From NCBI GenBank assembly GCA_946409515.1, contig CAMJWS010000001.1:318824-382823 (forward strand): a DNA stretch of 64,000 nt, written 5' to 3'. A program made the translations under genes and the position numbers. The notes below the pieces were generated by a model. That model ran no database searches and was not told where the DNA came from. It was given only the letters and a program-made list of their open reading frames with translations. The stretch comes from an uncultured Bacillales bacterium. GTDB lineage: Bacteria; Bacillota_I; Bacilli_A; RFN20; CAG-826. Within the stretch, counting starts at the first letter, position 1; every line of letters starts with the position of its first letter. This document shows positions 10,175 through 20,162 of the stretch, one piece after another.

Positions 10175-11506
10175 TTATGCAACTTTCTTTTCTTTTCTAA
10201 CTGCTCTTACCAAGTAGAAGATTGCGATACCTAATACCGCAACCATCATAATAGGAGCGGAAACTTTAATTGCTCTAACAATAAATGAACTTGAGAAAAT
10301 TGATGCATTGTTATGATAAACATTACTTGTGGCAATTGTGTCTTTCATAACATATTCATCATTATATTTTTCAATCATTGTTTTAAATAAAGTTTCTAAA
10401 TCGTTATAATCTGTACCTAATTTAGCAATCATGTTCTTAACTGTGTTTTCTACTTCTTCTGTGGAGGTAGCACTATTAAGAGTATCTAAAATGTTTTGAT
10501 AATCAGCAATTTGCTTTTCAATTGATGTAATCATATTGGAAGTGCTGATTTGTTTTGCTAATAAGGTGTTATATGTTTCTACAGAGTTAGATTCGACTTT
10601 GATGATGTTTTCACCAGTACCAACATACACTGTGGAGTCGATTTCGTAGTTATTAACTTGAGCAGTAATGGCCGCTAAATCGGATGTATATTTGGTTTTA
10701 TCGTAGTTAAGTCTTTCAATTAAGTATGTGTAATAATCTTTTAATCTTTGGACGTCTTTACTTAAAGCGTTTAAGACGATGATGTTATTAATCTTATTAG
10801 CGTCTGTATTGATTAATGATTGAGCTTTTAAGTAAAGATCTCTAAATGACTTACCATCAATTAAGAAATCATCATGTTCTTTGAAAACACTATCAGCGTA
10901 GTCCATTAACACTTCTAATCTGGTGGACATGATTTGGCTTTGATAGATGTAGTCATAATTGTCTAAGTTAAACAATTCTTGATAGGCATCTTGTGCAAAT
11001 GTTTTCTTATAAGTTGTATAGAACTTTTCACTATACTTAACGACAATGTTTTCTAAAAACTTATTGAGTTTACCTGTTGATAATTTACTATCTAAGTCTT
11101 GATACACTACGAAACGATATCTAACTGGGTGATAGTCCTTAGAAGAAATCTTTCTGCCATCACTTTCGCCAGTGATGTGTTCGTATGAGTTAATCTCTTC
11201 AACGATGTTACCTGGGACAGAGTTTTCTAAAACGATATAAGGTTTAACTTTTTCAACTTCATAAGTTAATCCTGTTTCAGCTAAGGCGTCTTCAATAATA
11301 TCGTTAGTTAAAAAGCTAACTGGATTGAATGAATTACCGTTAGGGTCTTTACCATCAGAAGCACCATCATAGTTAAATTGAATGGTTTCACTTGAATAGG
11401 CTTGAACCTTGTTAATTGCTTTATAGTCAATAACGGAATAAACGAGACTAAAGATTGCCGCACCGATAAAGACGAATGCTGGGATCCAAATATGTTTGTT
11501 TTTCAT
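10175..11506 (-). CDS. Wzz-like polysaccharide co-polymerase / chain-length determinant (PCP), paralog 1
   Basis: N-terminal TM, a large coiled-coil extracytoplasmic region, a C-terminal TM, and a DGKDPNGN motif shared with the next gene. Start set at MKNKHIW (11506), preceded by GGAGG. Confidence 0.6.
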   Translation of the reverse strand: MKNKHIWIPAFVFIGAAIFSLVYSVIDYKAINKVQAYSSETIQFNYDGASDGKDPNGNSFNPVSFLTNDIIEDALAETGLTYEVEKVKPYIVLENSVPGNIVEEINSYEHITGESDGRKISSKDYHPVRYRFVVYQDLDSKLSTGKLNKFLENIVVKYSEKFYTTYKKTFAQDAYQELFNLDNYDYIYQSQIMSTRLEVLMDYADSVFKEHDDFLIDGKSFRDLYLKAQSLINTDANKINNIIVLNALSKDVQRLKDYYTYLIERLNYDKTKYTSDLAAITAQVNNYEIDSTVYVGTGENIIKVESNSVETYNTLLAKQISTSNMITSIEKQIADYQNILDTLNSATSTEEVENTVKNMIAKLGTDYNDLETLFKTMIEKYNDEYVMKDTIATSNVYHNNASIFSSSFIVRAIKVSAPIMMVAVLGIAIFYLVRAVRKEKKVA

Positions 11507-11507
11507 A

Positions 11508-13028
11508 TTACATAGCCTCCTTATTTTCATTTGCTTTTCTGACGTTTCTGAATTCGATGATAAACGCATCGCCAATCCAGATGATTAAGCCAACGGCTAA
11601 ACCAGCAGCGTCGCCTAAGGCAAATAGCTTAAGATTGTCCTTTAAACTTTCTGTCTTTGTTGTGGTGATTGTATGCATATATCTGTTCTTATATGCGTTA
11701 GAAGCAAATAATTCTTGAGAAGATTTGTTTACCAAACCATACACAGCTTTAGCGTTTGCTAATGCCTTACTGGTGTATTCTTGTGCTTTTGCTTTTTGGT
11801 CAGCGGTGGCTTCTGGACCATCTAACTTAGTTATACGGTCCGCTAACATATCGATTCTTTCTTGAAGTTCAGATTTATGTTCATTCATTTGAGTGAGTTC
11901 TAAAACTAATCTATTGTATTCTGCATCAGTGTGTGGAACTTCAATTGGTGTACCATTATCAGTATTAACAACAACCTTACCATTCTTATAGTGTTCAATA
12001 GAATTTTGTAATGTTGTGATATTAGAAGTTGTTTCTGCTAAATCTAATTCCGCTTGTCTCTTTTGCATCTCACAATATGTCTTTAAAATGAGCTTGTCTT
12101 TATAGACGTTATTTAGTGAAATGTACGAATAGATATAATCAATATCAGTGCTCTTTAATCTATTGATGGTTTTAGATAATTCTGAGAACGAAACACCATC
12201 AGTTGTTCTGAAATTAGGAAGAATAGCAGTTTTCTCATCACAGTACTTAGCGAGATAGTTCATTGAATTACTAATTTCATCTAGTGTTTCTAAGTAGTCT
12301 AGTGTTTCTTCATTGACTGCACTTAAGTAGTCGTTAGGTAATGTCTTTTCTTGGTATGTTTCAACAAAATATTCATTATAGGATTCTGTAATTGCGCTTA
12401 ATAAGTGTTGCAAGTCATTGGTAGGCAAAACAATCTTGTCGCTTCCAGAACTAAACACATTGCCAATTGTAATGACATATTGTGGTCTATATTTCAATGT
12501 GAATTGTTGGATTAATCTACCATATTCACTGTTCTTTTCTTGAAGTAACTTATCTAAGATTTCTTTTTGTTGTTTTGTTTTATCAGTTAAGATACCAGTG
12601 ATTTGAATATTGTTTTGTACTTGAGCGGTACTTAGCTTCTTGGAAAGCGTTACATTATTTAAAGCGTTATTCACAATATAGGAAGACTTTAAATATGTGA
12701 TATCAAGGTCATTACCATTTGGATCTTTTCCTTCATCCGCTTCAGCGTAATCTAAAGAAAGAATAGATACCGCTTGTTCATTCTTATCTTTAAGTTGATA
12801 CATTAATGTTGGCACTAAAAGACCCACTAAGAATGTGGATAAGATTAACCAACCAAAGATTTTGAATCTCTTTCCTAAGGTGGAGAAGACATTCATGATG
12901 GATATACCTTGTTCTTGGTCTTCTTGATTGTTATTGATGTAAAGATCAATTTTCTTGCTATTTTCCAAAGATTGGGCTTCTTCTTTAGTCTTCTTCTTTG
13001 GTTTTAGCACTTCTTTTTCTTCAGGCAT
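11508..13028 (-). CDS. Wzz-like polysaccharide co-polymerase / chain-length determinant (PCP), paralog 2
   Basis: Same topology (N- and C-terminal TM, long coiled-coil periplasmic domain) and a shared DEGKDPNGND motif. AGGAGG lies 8 nt before the ATG. Confidence 0.6.
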   Translation of the reverse strand: MPEEKEVLKPKKKTKEEAQSLENSKKIDLYINNNQEDQEQGISIMNVFSTLGKRFKIFGWLILSTFLVGLLVPTLMYQLKDKNEQAVSILSLDYAEADEGKDPNGNDLDITYLKSSYIVNNALNNVTLSKKLSTAQVQNNIQITGILTDKTKQQKEILDKLLQEKNSEYGRLIQQFTLKYRPQYVITIGNVFSSGSDKIVLPTNDLQHLLSAITESYNEYFVETYQEKTLPNDYLSAVNEETLDYLETLDEISNSMNYLAKYCDEKTAILPNFRTTDGVSFSELSKTINRLKSTDIDYIYSYISLNNVYKDKLILKTYCEMQKRQAELDLAETTSNITTLQNSIEHYKNGKVVVNTDNGTPIEVPHTDAEYNRLVLELTQMNEHKSELQERIDMLADRITKLDGPEATADQKAKAQEYTSKALANAKAVYGLVNKSSQELFASNAYKNRYMHTITTTKTESLKDNLKLFALGDAAGLAVGLIIWIGDAFIIEFRNVRKANENKEAM

Positions 13029-13070
13029 TTTGTTTACCTCCTACTTCTCGCGTATGTATGTGTATTAATA

Positions 13071-13095
13071 TGCAAAAAGCATCACGAATGATGCA
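13071..13095 (-). terminator. Candidate intra-operon intrinsic terminator/attenuator between the dehydratase and wzz genes
   Basis: Minus-strand transcript reads GCAUCA-UUCG-UGAUGC (6-bp stem, 4-nt loop) followed by UUUUUG, placed between the capD stop and the wzz RBS. Confidence 0.4.
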
Positions 13096-13125
13096 TGAAT
13101 ATTAAATTATTTACTTTTTTTCTAA

Positions 13126-15087
13126 TTACTTTTGATCGCCGTTTATATATGTTGGCACCACTTCTTTAAGAGCGCCTTTAGTGATGCTATTAGATTTAAG
13201 CGCCATTGCTTTTCGTAATATGTCTAACTTTTCATTAAGTTCATCCATTGAGATCGGATGATCTTTTTCAATGAAGATTTTTTCATTTTCTGTTTTAGTT
13301 AGTCTTTCATCTTTCACTAATAACTCTTCATATAGTTTTTCACCTGGTCTTAAACCAGTTTCAACGATATCGATATCCTTGTATGGTTCATAACCAGACA
13401 TTTTGATAATGGATATCGCTAAATCATAAATTTTGACTGGTTGACCCATATCAAGAACCATTAATTCACCATTTTTAGCAATAACGGCACTATGTAAGAC
13501 TAATTGAGATGCTTCTGGGATAGTCATGAAGTACCTAATAATACGTTTATCAGTTAATGTGACTGGGCCACCATTAGCGATTTGTCTTTTGAATAATGGG
13601 ATAACTGAACCCGCACTACCTAAGACATTACCAAACCTAGTTGCAGAGAATGTTGTGTGCTGTCTCTTTCTAGCATGTGTCATACAAATCATCTCACACA
13701 TACGCTTAGTAGCGCCCATGACGTTTGTAGGATTCACCGCCTTATCAGTAGAGACCATATGGACTCTATCTGTTTTATATTTTTCTGCTAACTCGACTGT
13801 ATTTAATGTACCAAAGACGTTGTTATCAACCGCTTCAATGATATTATGTTCCATAAGTGGGACATGTTTATGAGCAGCGGCCATAATCACAATATTTGGT
13901 TTATAGGCTTTGAATACTTTTTCTAAAGCGTCTTTATTAGTGATGCTACAGATTTCTACTTGTAAATCTAAGGCATCTTTATATTGGATTTTTAATTCTT
14001 GTTGAATGTCATAAACACCATTTTCATAGATATCTAAAAGAATGAGTTGTTTTGGTTCCATCTTCGCTAATTGTCTAGCGATTTCGCTGCCAATAGAACC
14101 ACCACCACCTGTAACTAAGATAACTTTGCCTTTGTAGTAGTTGATTGTTTCTTCGGTAATGACTTCTTGTTCTTTACGGAATAGTAAGTCTTCAATATCA
14201 AAGTCTCTTAATGTTCTTCTACCTTTAGAGGCTGATTGCATCGCTGGATAGTCATATGACTTAATCTTAAATCCTGCGTTTTTATAACGTTCATAAATTG
14301 CTTTTCTTTCTTCCATACCAACGGAAGCAGGAAGAGCAATAATGACTTCTTGCACGTTATAGTCTCTTAATAAGCCAGGAGCGTGTTCATCATCATATAG
14401 GACTTCTTTACCAAAGATTTCTCTACCAAGTTTTTCTTTATCGTTATCAACGAAACAGACTGGATAGTATGTGGAGTTTGGATTGTCTAATAGTTCTTTA
14501 GCTAAGCCAGTACCGACACCACCAGCACCAACAATTGCGATTCTAATCTTAGCGACTGGATCTCTATCGTCTTTGCTCCATCTAGCTCTCGCAAAGATGT
14601 TAACAAAGCCAACCATAAACTTACCAAACTTGGACTTACGGTTAACAGAGATATAAAGCCATCTATAAACCATACGGACCGCGAGTGATACAAGCGTTGT
14701 GGTTAGAACGATAAATGTGACAACCACGAACTCTAATGGGTCTTTGAAAATTGGAACATACTTTTGGATGAAGAAATAGATGAAGAGGGTGATTGTATCC
14801 GCGATCATGACACGGATGTAAGAACCAACACCACCATATCTCCAGACTTGTCCATAGACTCTAAGGAAGAATCTAGCGGTAATAAGAATTGGCATTGAGA
14901 TGGCAAAATGGATAAGCACCTCTAATGCTTCTTGTGGGTTCGCTAATGGGCGTCCGCCTGAGCGCGGGAAAAAAATAAGAGCGAACACCACGACTGTGGC
15001 GTAAATTAAAATGTCATAGGCCACTAATAACCATCTAATAGGGAATAGTGAATACCTATGTTTTCTACTCTTTAATGTTTTACTCAT
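13126..15087 (-). CDS. capD: Membrane-anchored UDP-N-acetylglucosamine 4,6-dehydratase (CapD/PglF/WbpM family)
   Basis: N-terminal 4-5 TM helices and two Rossmann motifs (VGAGGVGTGL and VTGGGGSIGSE); length 653 aa is typical of PglF/CapD. Confidence 0.85.
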   Translation of the reverse strand: MSKTLKSRKHRYSLFPIRWLLVAYDILIYATVVVFALIFFPRSGGRPLANPQEALEVLIHFAISMPILITARFFLRVYGQVWRYGGVGSYIRVMIADTITLFIYFFIQKYVPIFKDPLEFVVVTFIVLTTTLVSLAVRMVYRWLYISVNRKSKFGKFMVGFVNIFARARWSKDDRDPVAKIRIAIVGAGGVGTGLAKELLDNPNSTYYPVCFVDNDKEKLGREIFGKEVLYDDEHAPGLLRDYNVQEVIIALPASVGMEERKAIYERYKNAGFKIKSYDYPAMQSASKGRRTLRDFDIEDLLFRKEQEVITEETINYYKGKVILVTGGGGSIGSEIARQLAKMEPKQLILLDIYENGVYDIQQELKIQYKDALDLQVEICSITNKDALEKVFKAYKPNIVIMAAAHKHVPLMEHNIIEAVDNNVFGTLNTVELAEKYKTDRVHMVSTDKAVNPTNVMGATKRMCEMICMTHARKRQHTTFSATRFGNVLGSAGSVIPLFKRQIANGGPVTLTDKRIIRYFMTIPEASQLVLHSAVIAKNGELMVLDMGQPVKIYDLAISIIKMSGYEPYKDIDIVETGLRPGEKLYEELLVKDERLTKTENEKIFIEKDHPISMDELNEKLDILRKAMALKSNSITKGALKEVVPTYINGDQK

Positions 15088-15089
15088 AA

Positions 15090-15623
15090 CTATTTGTTAA
15101 TGATATTTGTGATGATATTGATACCAATAGGAGCGGTCACTAGTCTTCCGCACATCATGAATTCCACTAGGACTGTTCTCTTATGGAGATTGACTTTCTT
15201 GATTTGAGTTTCTAAACCCATTAAAGGTCCATCTAAAACTCTAATCATTTCACCTTCTTTAACTTCGATGTTTGATATTTCAGTAATGCGGTTATTATTC
15301 GCACTATAAAGGATATCAATCATACGGGATTCATCTTTATCTAGGGGCACAAAGTTTTCTGTTCCCTCTTCTCTACCTAAGAGCTTTTGAAAACCTGGAG
15401 TGAAATATAACTGTCTAAACAATTCTCTAACATTATTAGTTTCCACAAAAATATAGCCAGGGAAGCATCTTTCGATAACTTCTTTAGTTTCACCCTTATA
15501 TTTGCGAAGTGATTTACGATATGGCGAGAAAACGTCGAAAGATGCATCGTCTGGCTTATTTTTCAATATGTCCTCGATGGCTTGTTGTTCTTTCCCGGTT
15601 TTGACTTGAATAACGTAATACAT
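15090..15623 (-). CDS. NusG-paralog specialised transcription antiterminator (LoaP/UpxY/RfaH-like), first gene of the glycopolymer operon
   Basis: 177 aa with an NGN domain (YYVIQVKTGKEQ...PGYIFVE) and a C-terminal KOW-like region (GEMIRVLDGPLMGLETQIKKV). Sits at the head of the operon after a roughly 490-bp leader. Confidence 0.7.
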   Translation of the reverse strand: MYYVIQVKTGKEQQAIEDILKNKPDDASFDVFSPYRKSLRKYKGETKEVIERCFPGYIFVETNNVRELFRQLYFTPGFQKLLGREEGTENFVPLDKDESRMIDILYSANNNRITEISNIEVKEGEMIRVLDGPLMGLETQIKKVNLHKRTVLVEFMMCGRLVTAPIGINIITNIINK

Positions 15624-16052
15624 AACTTAAATAACTCCGTTTTTAGGCATGCTCGTTCATTAGATATAGTCCAATAAATATACCTAGAAAATAAGATGAC
15701 TTCTATCCCCTATAAGAGTGCCATAAGCTTCAGGTTAGTAAGATAGATGATGAAGGTGTAGTGATAAAGTATTAAAACTTTATTGCGTGCCGCTATTATA
15801 AAACGTTTCTTTGAAAATATGCAACTCTTGGCAGAAAAAAACTAGAATCTAAGGTTAATAAACCAACATTCTAGTCAAATATTTGAAATTCAATAAAAGA
15901 ATGTAAGGTATAAGATAAAACCTTACTTAATTCCTTGCTATTGATGTCTCCCTTGATGTTAAACATAATAAATTGCAAGACGTATTTATAAAAGCATCCT
16001 ACATTACTTATTATACTTAATAAGAAACTTTAGACAAACAAATTATCGCATG

Positions 16053-16083
16053 TGTATATAAAAATGGGCGCATAAGGCCCATA
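16053..16083 (-). terminator. Intrinsic terminator downstream of uppS
   Basis: Minus-strand AUGGGCCUUAUGCGCCCAU hairpin followed by a U-run. Confidence 0.6.
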
Positions 16084-16112
16084 TGTTATACAAATACGTG
16101 TATGTGTAAGAT

Positions 16113-16826
16113 TTACTCTTCTACGATCTTACCGTATCTTCTATCTCTTGTTTGATACTCTTTTAAGCATTCTTCAAACTTATCTTTAGTGAAGTCTGGC
16201 CAATATGTTGGGGTGAAGATAAATTCAGAATAAGCGAGCTGGTATAGCAAATAGTTGCTTAAACGTTGTTCTCCACTTGTTCTAATCATTAGGTCAATTG
16301 GAGGTAGATTTGAGGTATATAGATGATCACTAATTGTTTGTTCATTGATATCGTTTATATCTAACTTATTTTCTTTCACTAAAGTAGCGATTTCTTTCGT
16401 GGCTTTGACTAGTTCTTGTCTAGACCCATAATTAAGTGCAATGTTAAAAACATAGTTATTATTATCTTTGGTCTTTTTAATTGCTTCTAAGACTGTTTTT
16501 TGCGAGTGTTTAGGGAGTCTAGTGATGTCCCCCATCACTTGCACTCTAACACCATCCCTCATTAAATCAGCGATGTTATCTTTAAAGAACTTATCCAGAT
16601 ATCTAAATAACAAAGTGATTTCACTTTTTGGTCTATTCCAGTTTTCAGTGGAAAAAGCATATAGGGTCATGCAATATATATGATTAGCCTTAACTGCATC
16701 AAATATTTCAATAATTCTCTTACAGCCTTCTTCATGACCTGCGGTTCTAGGTAAGCCTCTTTTTTTAGCCCAACGACCATTGCCATCCATGATTAAGGCA
16801 ACGTGATTAATTTGATTATTCGCCAT
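16113..16826 (-). CDS. uppS: Undecaprenyl diphosphate synthase (isoprenyl transferase)
   Basis: HVALIMDGNGRWAKKRGLPRTAGHEEG... cis-prenyltransferase motifs; 237 aa. Confidence 0.9.
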   Translation of the reverse strand: MANNQINHVALIMDGNGRWAKKRGLPRTAGHEEGCKRIIEIFDAVKANHIYCMTLYAFSTENWNRPKSEITLLFRYLDKFFKDNIADLMRDGVRVQVMGDITRLPKHSQKTVLEAIKKTKDNNNYVFNIALNYGSRQELVKATKEIATLVKENKLDINDINEQTISDHLYTSNLPPIDLMIRTSGEQRLSNYLLYQLAYSEFIFTPTYWPDFTKDKFEECLKEYQTRDRRYGKIVEE

Positions 16827-16828
16827 AA

Positions 16829-17686
16829 CTACTTATTCCTACTTTCTAGATATTCTTTTATTTGATTGATTGTATTTAACGGAGTGGATGTCCCACTTGC
16901 GATAACTGCGTTTTTATGTTTAATATCTAACTTTTTACAATCTTCGATATTTTCTAGTAGATATATTGCTTTATCAAGATGTCTCTTTTTAGCGACTTCA
17001 TATAGTTTCATTGTATTTGATGATTTCTTACTACCCACGATGATGATTGTATCTATATCATCCCCTAGTTCATTGATGGCCTTTTGTCTTAACAAAGTCG
17101 CATCACATATCTCATCAATGATATTAGGGTTCTTGATATTCTTTTTTATTTCTTTATGGATATCTTCTAGTTCTAAAAATGATAATGTTGTTTGATTGAT
17201 GATTAATGGATTATCGGTTTTGACATGAGAGTAGTCAAACTTCTCATTAATATCATAGAAGAGCACATTATCATTTTTTGTTAACGCCGCATTTGCTTCT
17301 GGATGATTAGCTTTACCAATATAGATAGTTTCTTTACTACCTCTTATGGCATTAAAGCATTCTTTTACTTTAGGACATGTTGCATCAAAATAGGTGACAC
17401 CCCTAGTAGATAAGATATCTTCATAGACATCAGGATGACCATGCGCGGTAAATATCACAATATCATTGCTTGTGAATTTCTTAAGGATCTCTAATGGATT
17501 CTTACTAGTTAAGTCTATTGTTTTAATACCATATGTTTCTAGTTCTTTAGTAACTTCTTCATTATGGACAAGTAAACCAAAAACATAGATATTCTTATCT
17601 TTATATTCATTAGCGACCTTCTTAGCGAGATTAATCGCATTTATCACACCATAACAATGGGCGATAGGTTTAAGTAACTTAATCAT
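16829..17686 (-). CDS. ispH: 4-hydroxy-3-methylbut-2-enyl diphosphate reductase
   Basis: CYGV...LLVHNEEV...DATCPKV...ICDATLLRQ...SSNT motifs carrying the three conserved Cys; 285 aa. Confidence 0.85.
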   Translation of the reverse strand: MIKLLKPIAHCYGVINAINLAKKVANEYKDKNIYVFGLLVHNEEVTKELETYGIKTIDLTSKNPLEILKKFTSNDIVIFTAHGHPDVYEDILSTRGVTYFDATCPKVKECFNAIRGSKETIYIGKANHPEANAALTKNDNVLFYDINEKFDYSHVKTDNPLIINQTTLSFLELEDIHKEIKKNIKNPNIIDEICDATLLRQKAINELGDDIDTIIIVGSKKSSNTMKLYEVAKKRHLDKAIYLLENIEDCKKLDIKHKNAVIASGTSTPLNTINQIKEYLESRNK

Positions 17687-17689
17687 AAA

Positions 17690-19537
17690 CTAGAGTAACT
17701 TTCTTAAATCATCAAAGGTAATACCTAGTTCTTTAACTTGGTCTAACACGTTGCCATGTTTAACAAAGCCATTAGGAATCGCTAGGACTTTGACTTTACC
17801 GTTATAACCAAATTCGTTTAGATAATTAAGCACGTATGAGGCAAAGCCCTCTTTCGTGCCATAGATATCATAAAGAACGATTTGTTTCTTATTGAATAAT
17901 GACTTTAGTACTTCTTCATCGATTGGTCTAAGGAACATCGCGTTAACAATTGTATAGCCTGGTACTTCTTCCACTAAGTGTTTTACTACTGGACCATAAG
18001 AGATAATCGCTATATCACCATCATTAGTTTCTATTTTCCATTCACCTAGTTTAACAGGACGTGGTTCATGATTATCAACTTTTGGGGTGATATCTTTAGG
18101 ATAACGGATCGCTAATGGGTGATGGAATGATGTGGAGAAGTTAAATAAATCAATCGCTTCTTCCATATTAGACGCCATCGCAATAGCGATATTAGGAATA
18201 CTCATTAAGTACGCGACATCATAGATACCTGAATGGGTTTCACCATCTTCTCCAGGTAATCCCGCTCTATCGATAAGGAAAGTAACATCACTATCAAGTC
18301 TAGCCACATCATGGCTAATTTCATCATAACTACGTTGTAAGAAGGTACTATAAATAGAATAGTAAGCATGGATATCTTTATTTAAGCCCACTGCTGCGGC
18401 AAAAACCGCACCATGTTCTTCAGAAATACCAACATCAAATACTCTATCTGGATATTTTTCTAATAAGTCATCAACACATGAGCCCACCATCGTCGCGGGA
18501 TTAATTAATACCATCCTATCATCAACTTTAAGTCTATCTTTTAATAATTGAGCGTAGACTTGGCTCCACGATATATAGTTAGGATCTCTTTGTTTAAGTG
18601 GTTTGCCTGTTTCAATATCAAATGGACCAACACCATGCCAGTTACCAACATCATCTTCTTCGGCAAATTTATAGCCTCTACCCTTTTGAGTGGTGACATG
18701 TAAAACAACTGAAGTAGGCGCATTCTTCGCGTAGTTAAAGGCTTTCTCTAATTGTTTGATGTCATGTCCATCAATATTAGAGATGAAATATAAACCCATT
18801 TCAGTAAATAAGTTCTTTCTAATAAAGAGTTTCTTAAATTGACGTTTAATCCAGCTTGTTAAATGGTAGAACCATCTTGTTAAGAAAGTCTTTTTTAAGA
18901 ACCTTTGATATCTATCTTTATTTCTTAAGTATCCTTTGGATAATCTAAACTTTTCAAAATAACGGTGCATTAAGCCACGTGATTCACCAATAGAACGGTT
19001 ATTGTCATTGATGATAATAATGACTTTATGATTGAAATTAGCGATGTTATTAAGGCCTTCGAAGGCAAGACCATTGGCTAACGAACCATCACCAATAACA
19101 GCGATAACTTCATATTTCTCTTTATTTAAGTCACGAGCTAGGGCTAAACCCATCGCTGCGCTTATAGATGTAGAAGAGTGACCAGCTTCATATGGATCAT
19201 ATTCTGATTCACTTCTTCTTTGGAAACCTGATACCCCATCACTCTTTCTTAATCTATCAAGGCTTCTACCAGATAAGATTTTATGAGCATAACTTTGATG
19301 GCCTACATCAAATATCACCTTATCTTTAGGTAAATCAAAACAGTGATGAATAGCGACAGTTAAATCAGTGGCCCCTAAAGAACTAGCGAGGTGGCCACCA
19401 TTTTTCGCGCAGCTAGTAATAATCTTATCTTTGATATCTTTACTAAGCTGTTCGAGTTCACTGACATTTAACCCTTTGATATCCGCAGGGTTAAAAGGTT
19501 TATCTAAATCAAATCTCTTAATATCTTTCTTCTTCAT
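17690..19537 (-). CDS. dxs: 1-deoxy-D-xylulose-5-phosphate synthase
   Basis: GGHLASSLGATDLTVAIHH...DVGHQSYAHKILSGR...GDGSLANG thiamine-diphosphate motifs; 615 aa. Confidence 0.9.
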   Translation of the reverse strand: MKKKDIKRFDLDKPFNPADIKGLNVSELEQLSKDIKDKIITSCAKNGGHLASSLGATDLTVAIHHCFDLPKDKVIFDVGHQSYAHKILSGRSLDRLRKSDGVSGFQRRSESEYDPYEAGHSSTSISAAMGLALARDLNKEKYEVIAVIGDGSLANGLAFEGLNNIANFNHKVIIIINDNNRSIGESRGLMHRYFEKFRLSKGYLRNKDRYQRFLKKTFLTRWFYHLTSWIKRQFKKLFIRKNLFTEMGLYFISNIDGHDIKQLEKAFNYAKNAPTSVVLHVTTQKGRGYKFAEEDDVGNWHGVGPFDIETGKPLKQRDPNYISWSQVYAQLLKDRLKVDDRMVLINPATMVGSCVDDLLEKYPDRVFDVGISEEHGAVFAAAVGLNKDIHAYYSIYSTFLQRSYDEISHDVARLDSDVTFLIDRAGLPGEDGETHSGIYDVAYLMSIPNIAIAMASNMEEAIDLFNFSTSFHHPLAIRYPKDITPKVDNHEPRPVKLGEWKIETNDGDIAIISYGPVVKHLVEEVPGYTIVNAMFLRPIDEEVLKSLFNKKQIVLYDIYGTKEGFASYVLNYLNEFGYNGKVKVLAIPNGFVKHGNVLDQVKELGITFDDLRKLL

Positions 19538-19601
19538 GCTTTTAGGTATCTTAATTGTGCCACATTATAGTAAAAATAACAAAAAAATAAATATTTTTTA
19601 A

Positions 19602-20114
19602 CTATTCTCTTTGTTTCTTTCTTTGGTGTCTTATGACTAGGAACAATACTAAACCAACAAGGAAGGCACCTAATAAATAACCACCATAGTCGATTAGTAC
19701 ATCAGTAAACTCACCACTTCTCTCAGGGACATTTAATTGGATGATCTCTGTAGTCATAGCGATGATTAAACCGAATGATAAAGCAAATATAGTATTAAGG
19801 AAGTGTTTAATCCATTTGAAATCTTTAAAGATATAGTAAATCGCTAAGGAAGAGAAGATACCACTTACCACAAATAAGCCAAAATGGCCTAATGATTTCC
19901 TAATAAATGTCGCAAAGGCATTATAGTTCTCTGGAGTTACTGTGCCTGGTCTTACTGTATTAACTACTTCTTCACTTACTTCCACCACTCCTTGTGAAGC
20001 TTGACTACTTTGAGCACCATTTAAGCAGGAATGGTAAATGATATAAGCGTTAATAGCGACCGCTAATACGGTAAAGATAATCATTAAGATTAAATCTAAC
20101 TTGTTCTTTTTCAT
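19602..20114 (-). CDS. VanZ-like family membrane protein
   Basis: RKSLGHFGLF...TTEIIQLNVPERSGEFTDVLIDYGGYLLG matches the VanZ consensus. Confidence 0.6.
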   Translation of the reverse strand: MKKNKLDLILMIIFTVLAVAINAYIIYHSCLNGAQSSQASQGVVEVSEEVVNTVRPGTVTPENYNAFATFIRKSLGHFGLFVVSGIFSSLAIYYIFKDFKWIKHFLNTIFALSFGLIIAMTTEIIQLNVPERSGEFTDVLIDYGGYLLGAFLVGLVLFLVIRHQRKKQRE

Positions 20115-20162
20115 ATATTAGTGAAATTATACACGAATATAGTTCATTAACAAGTTAAGCGT

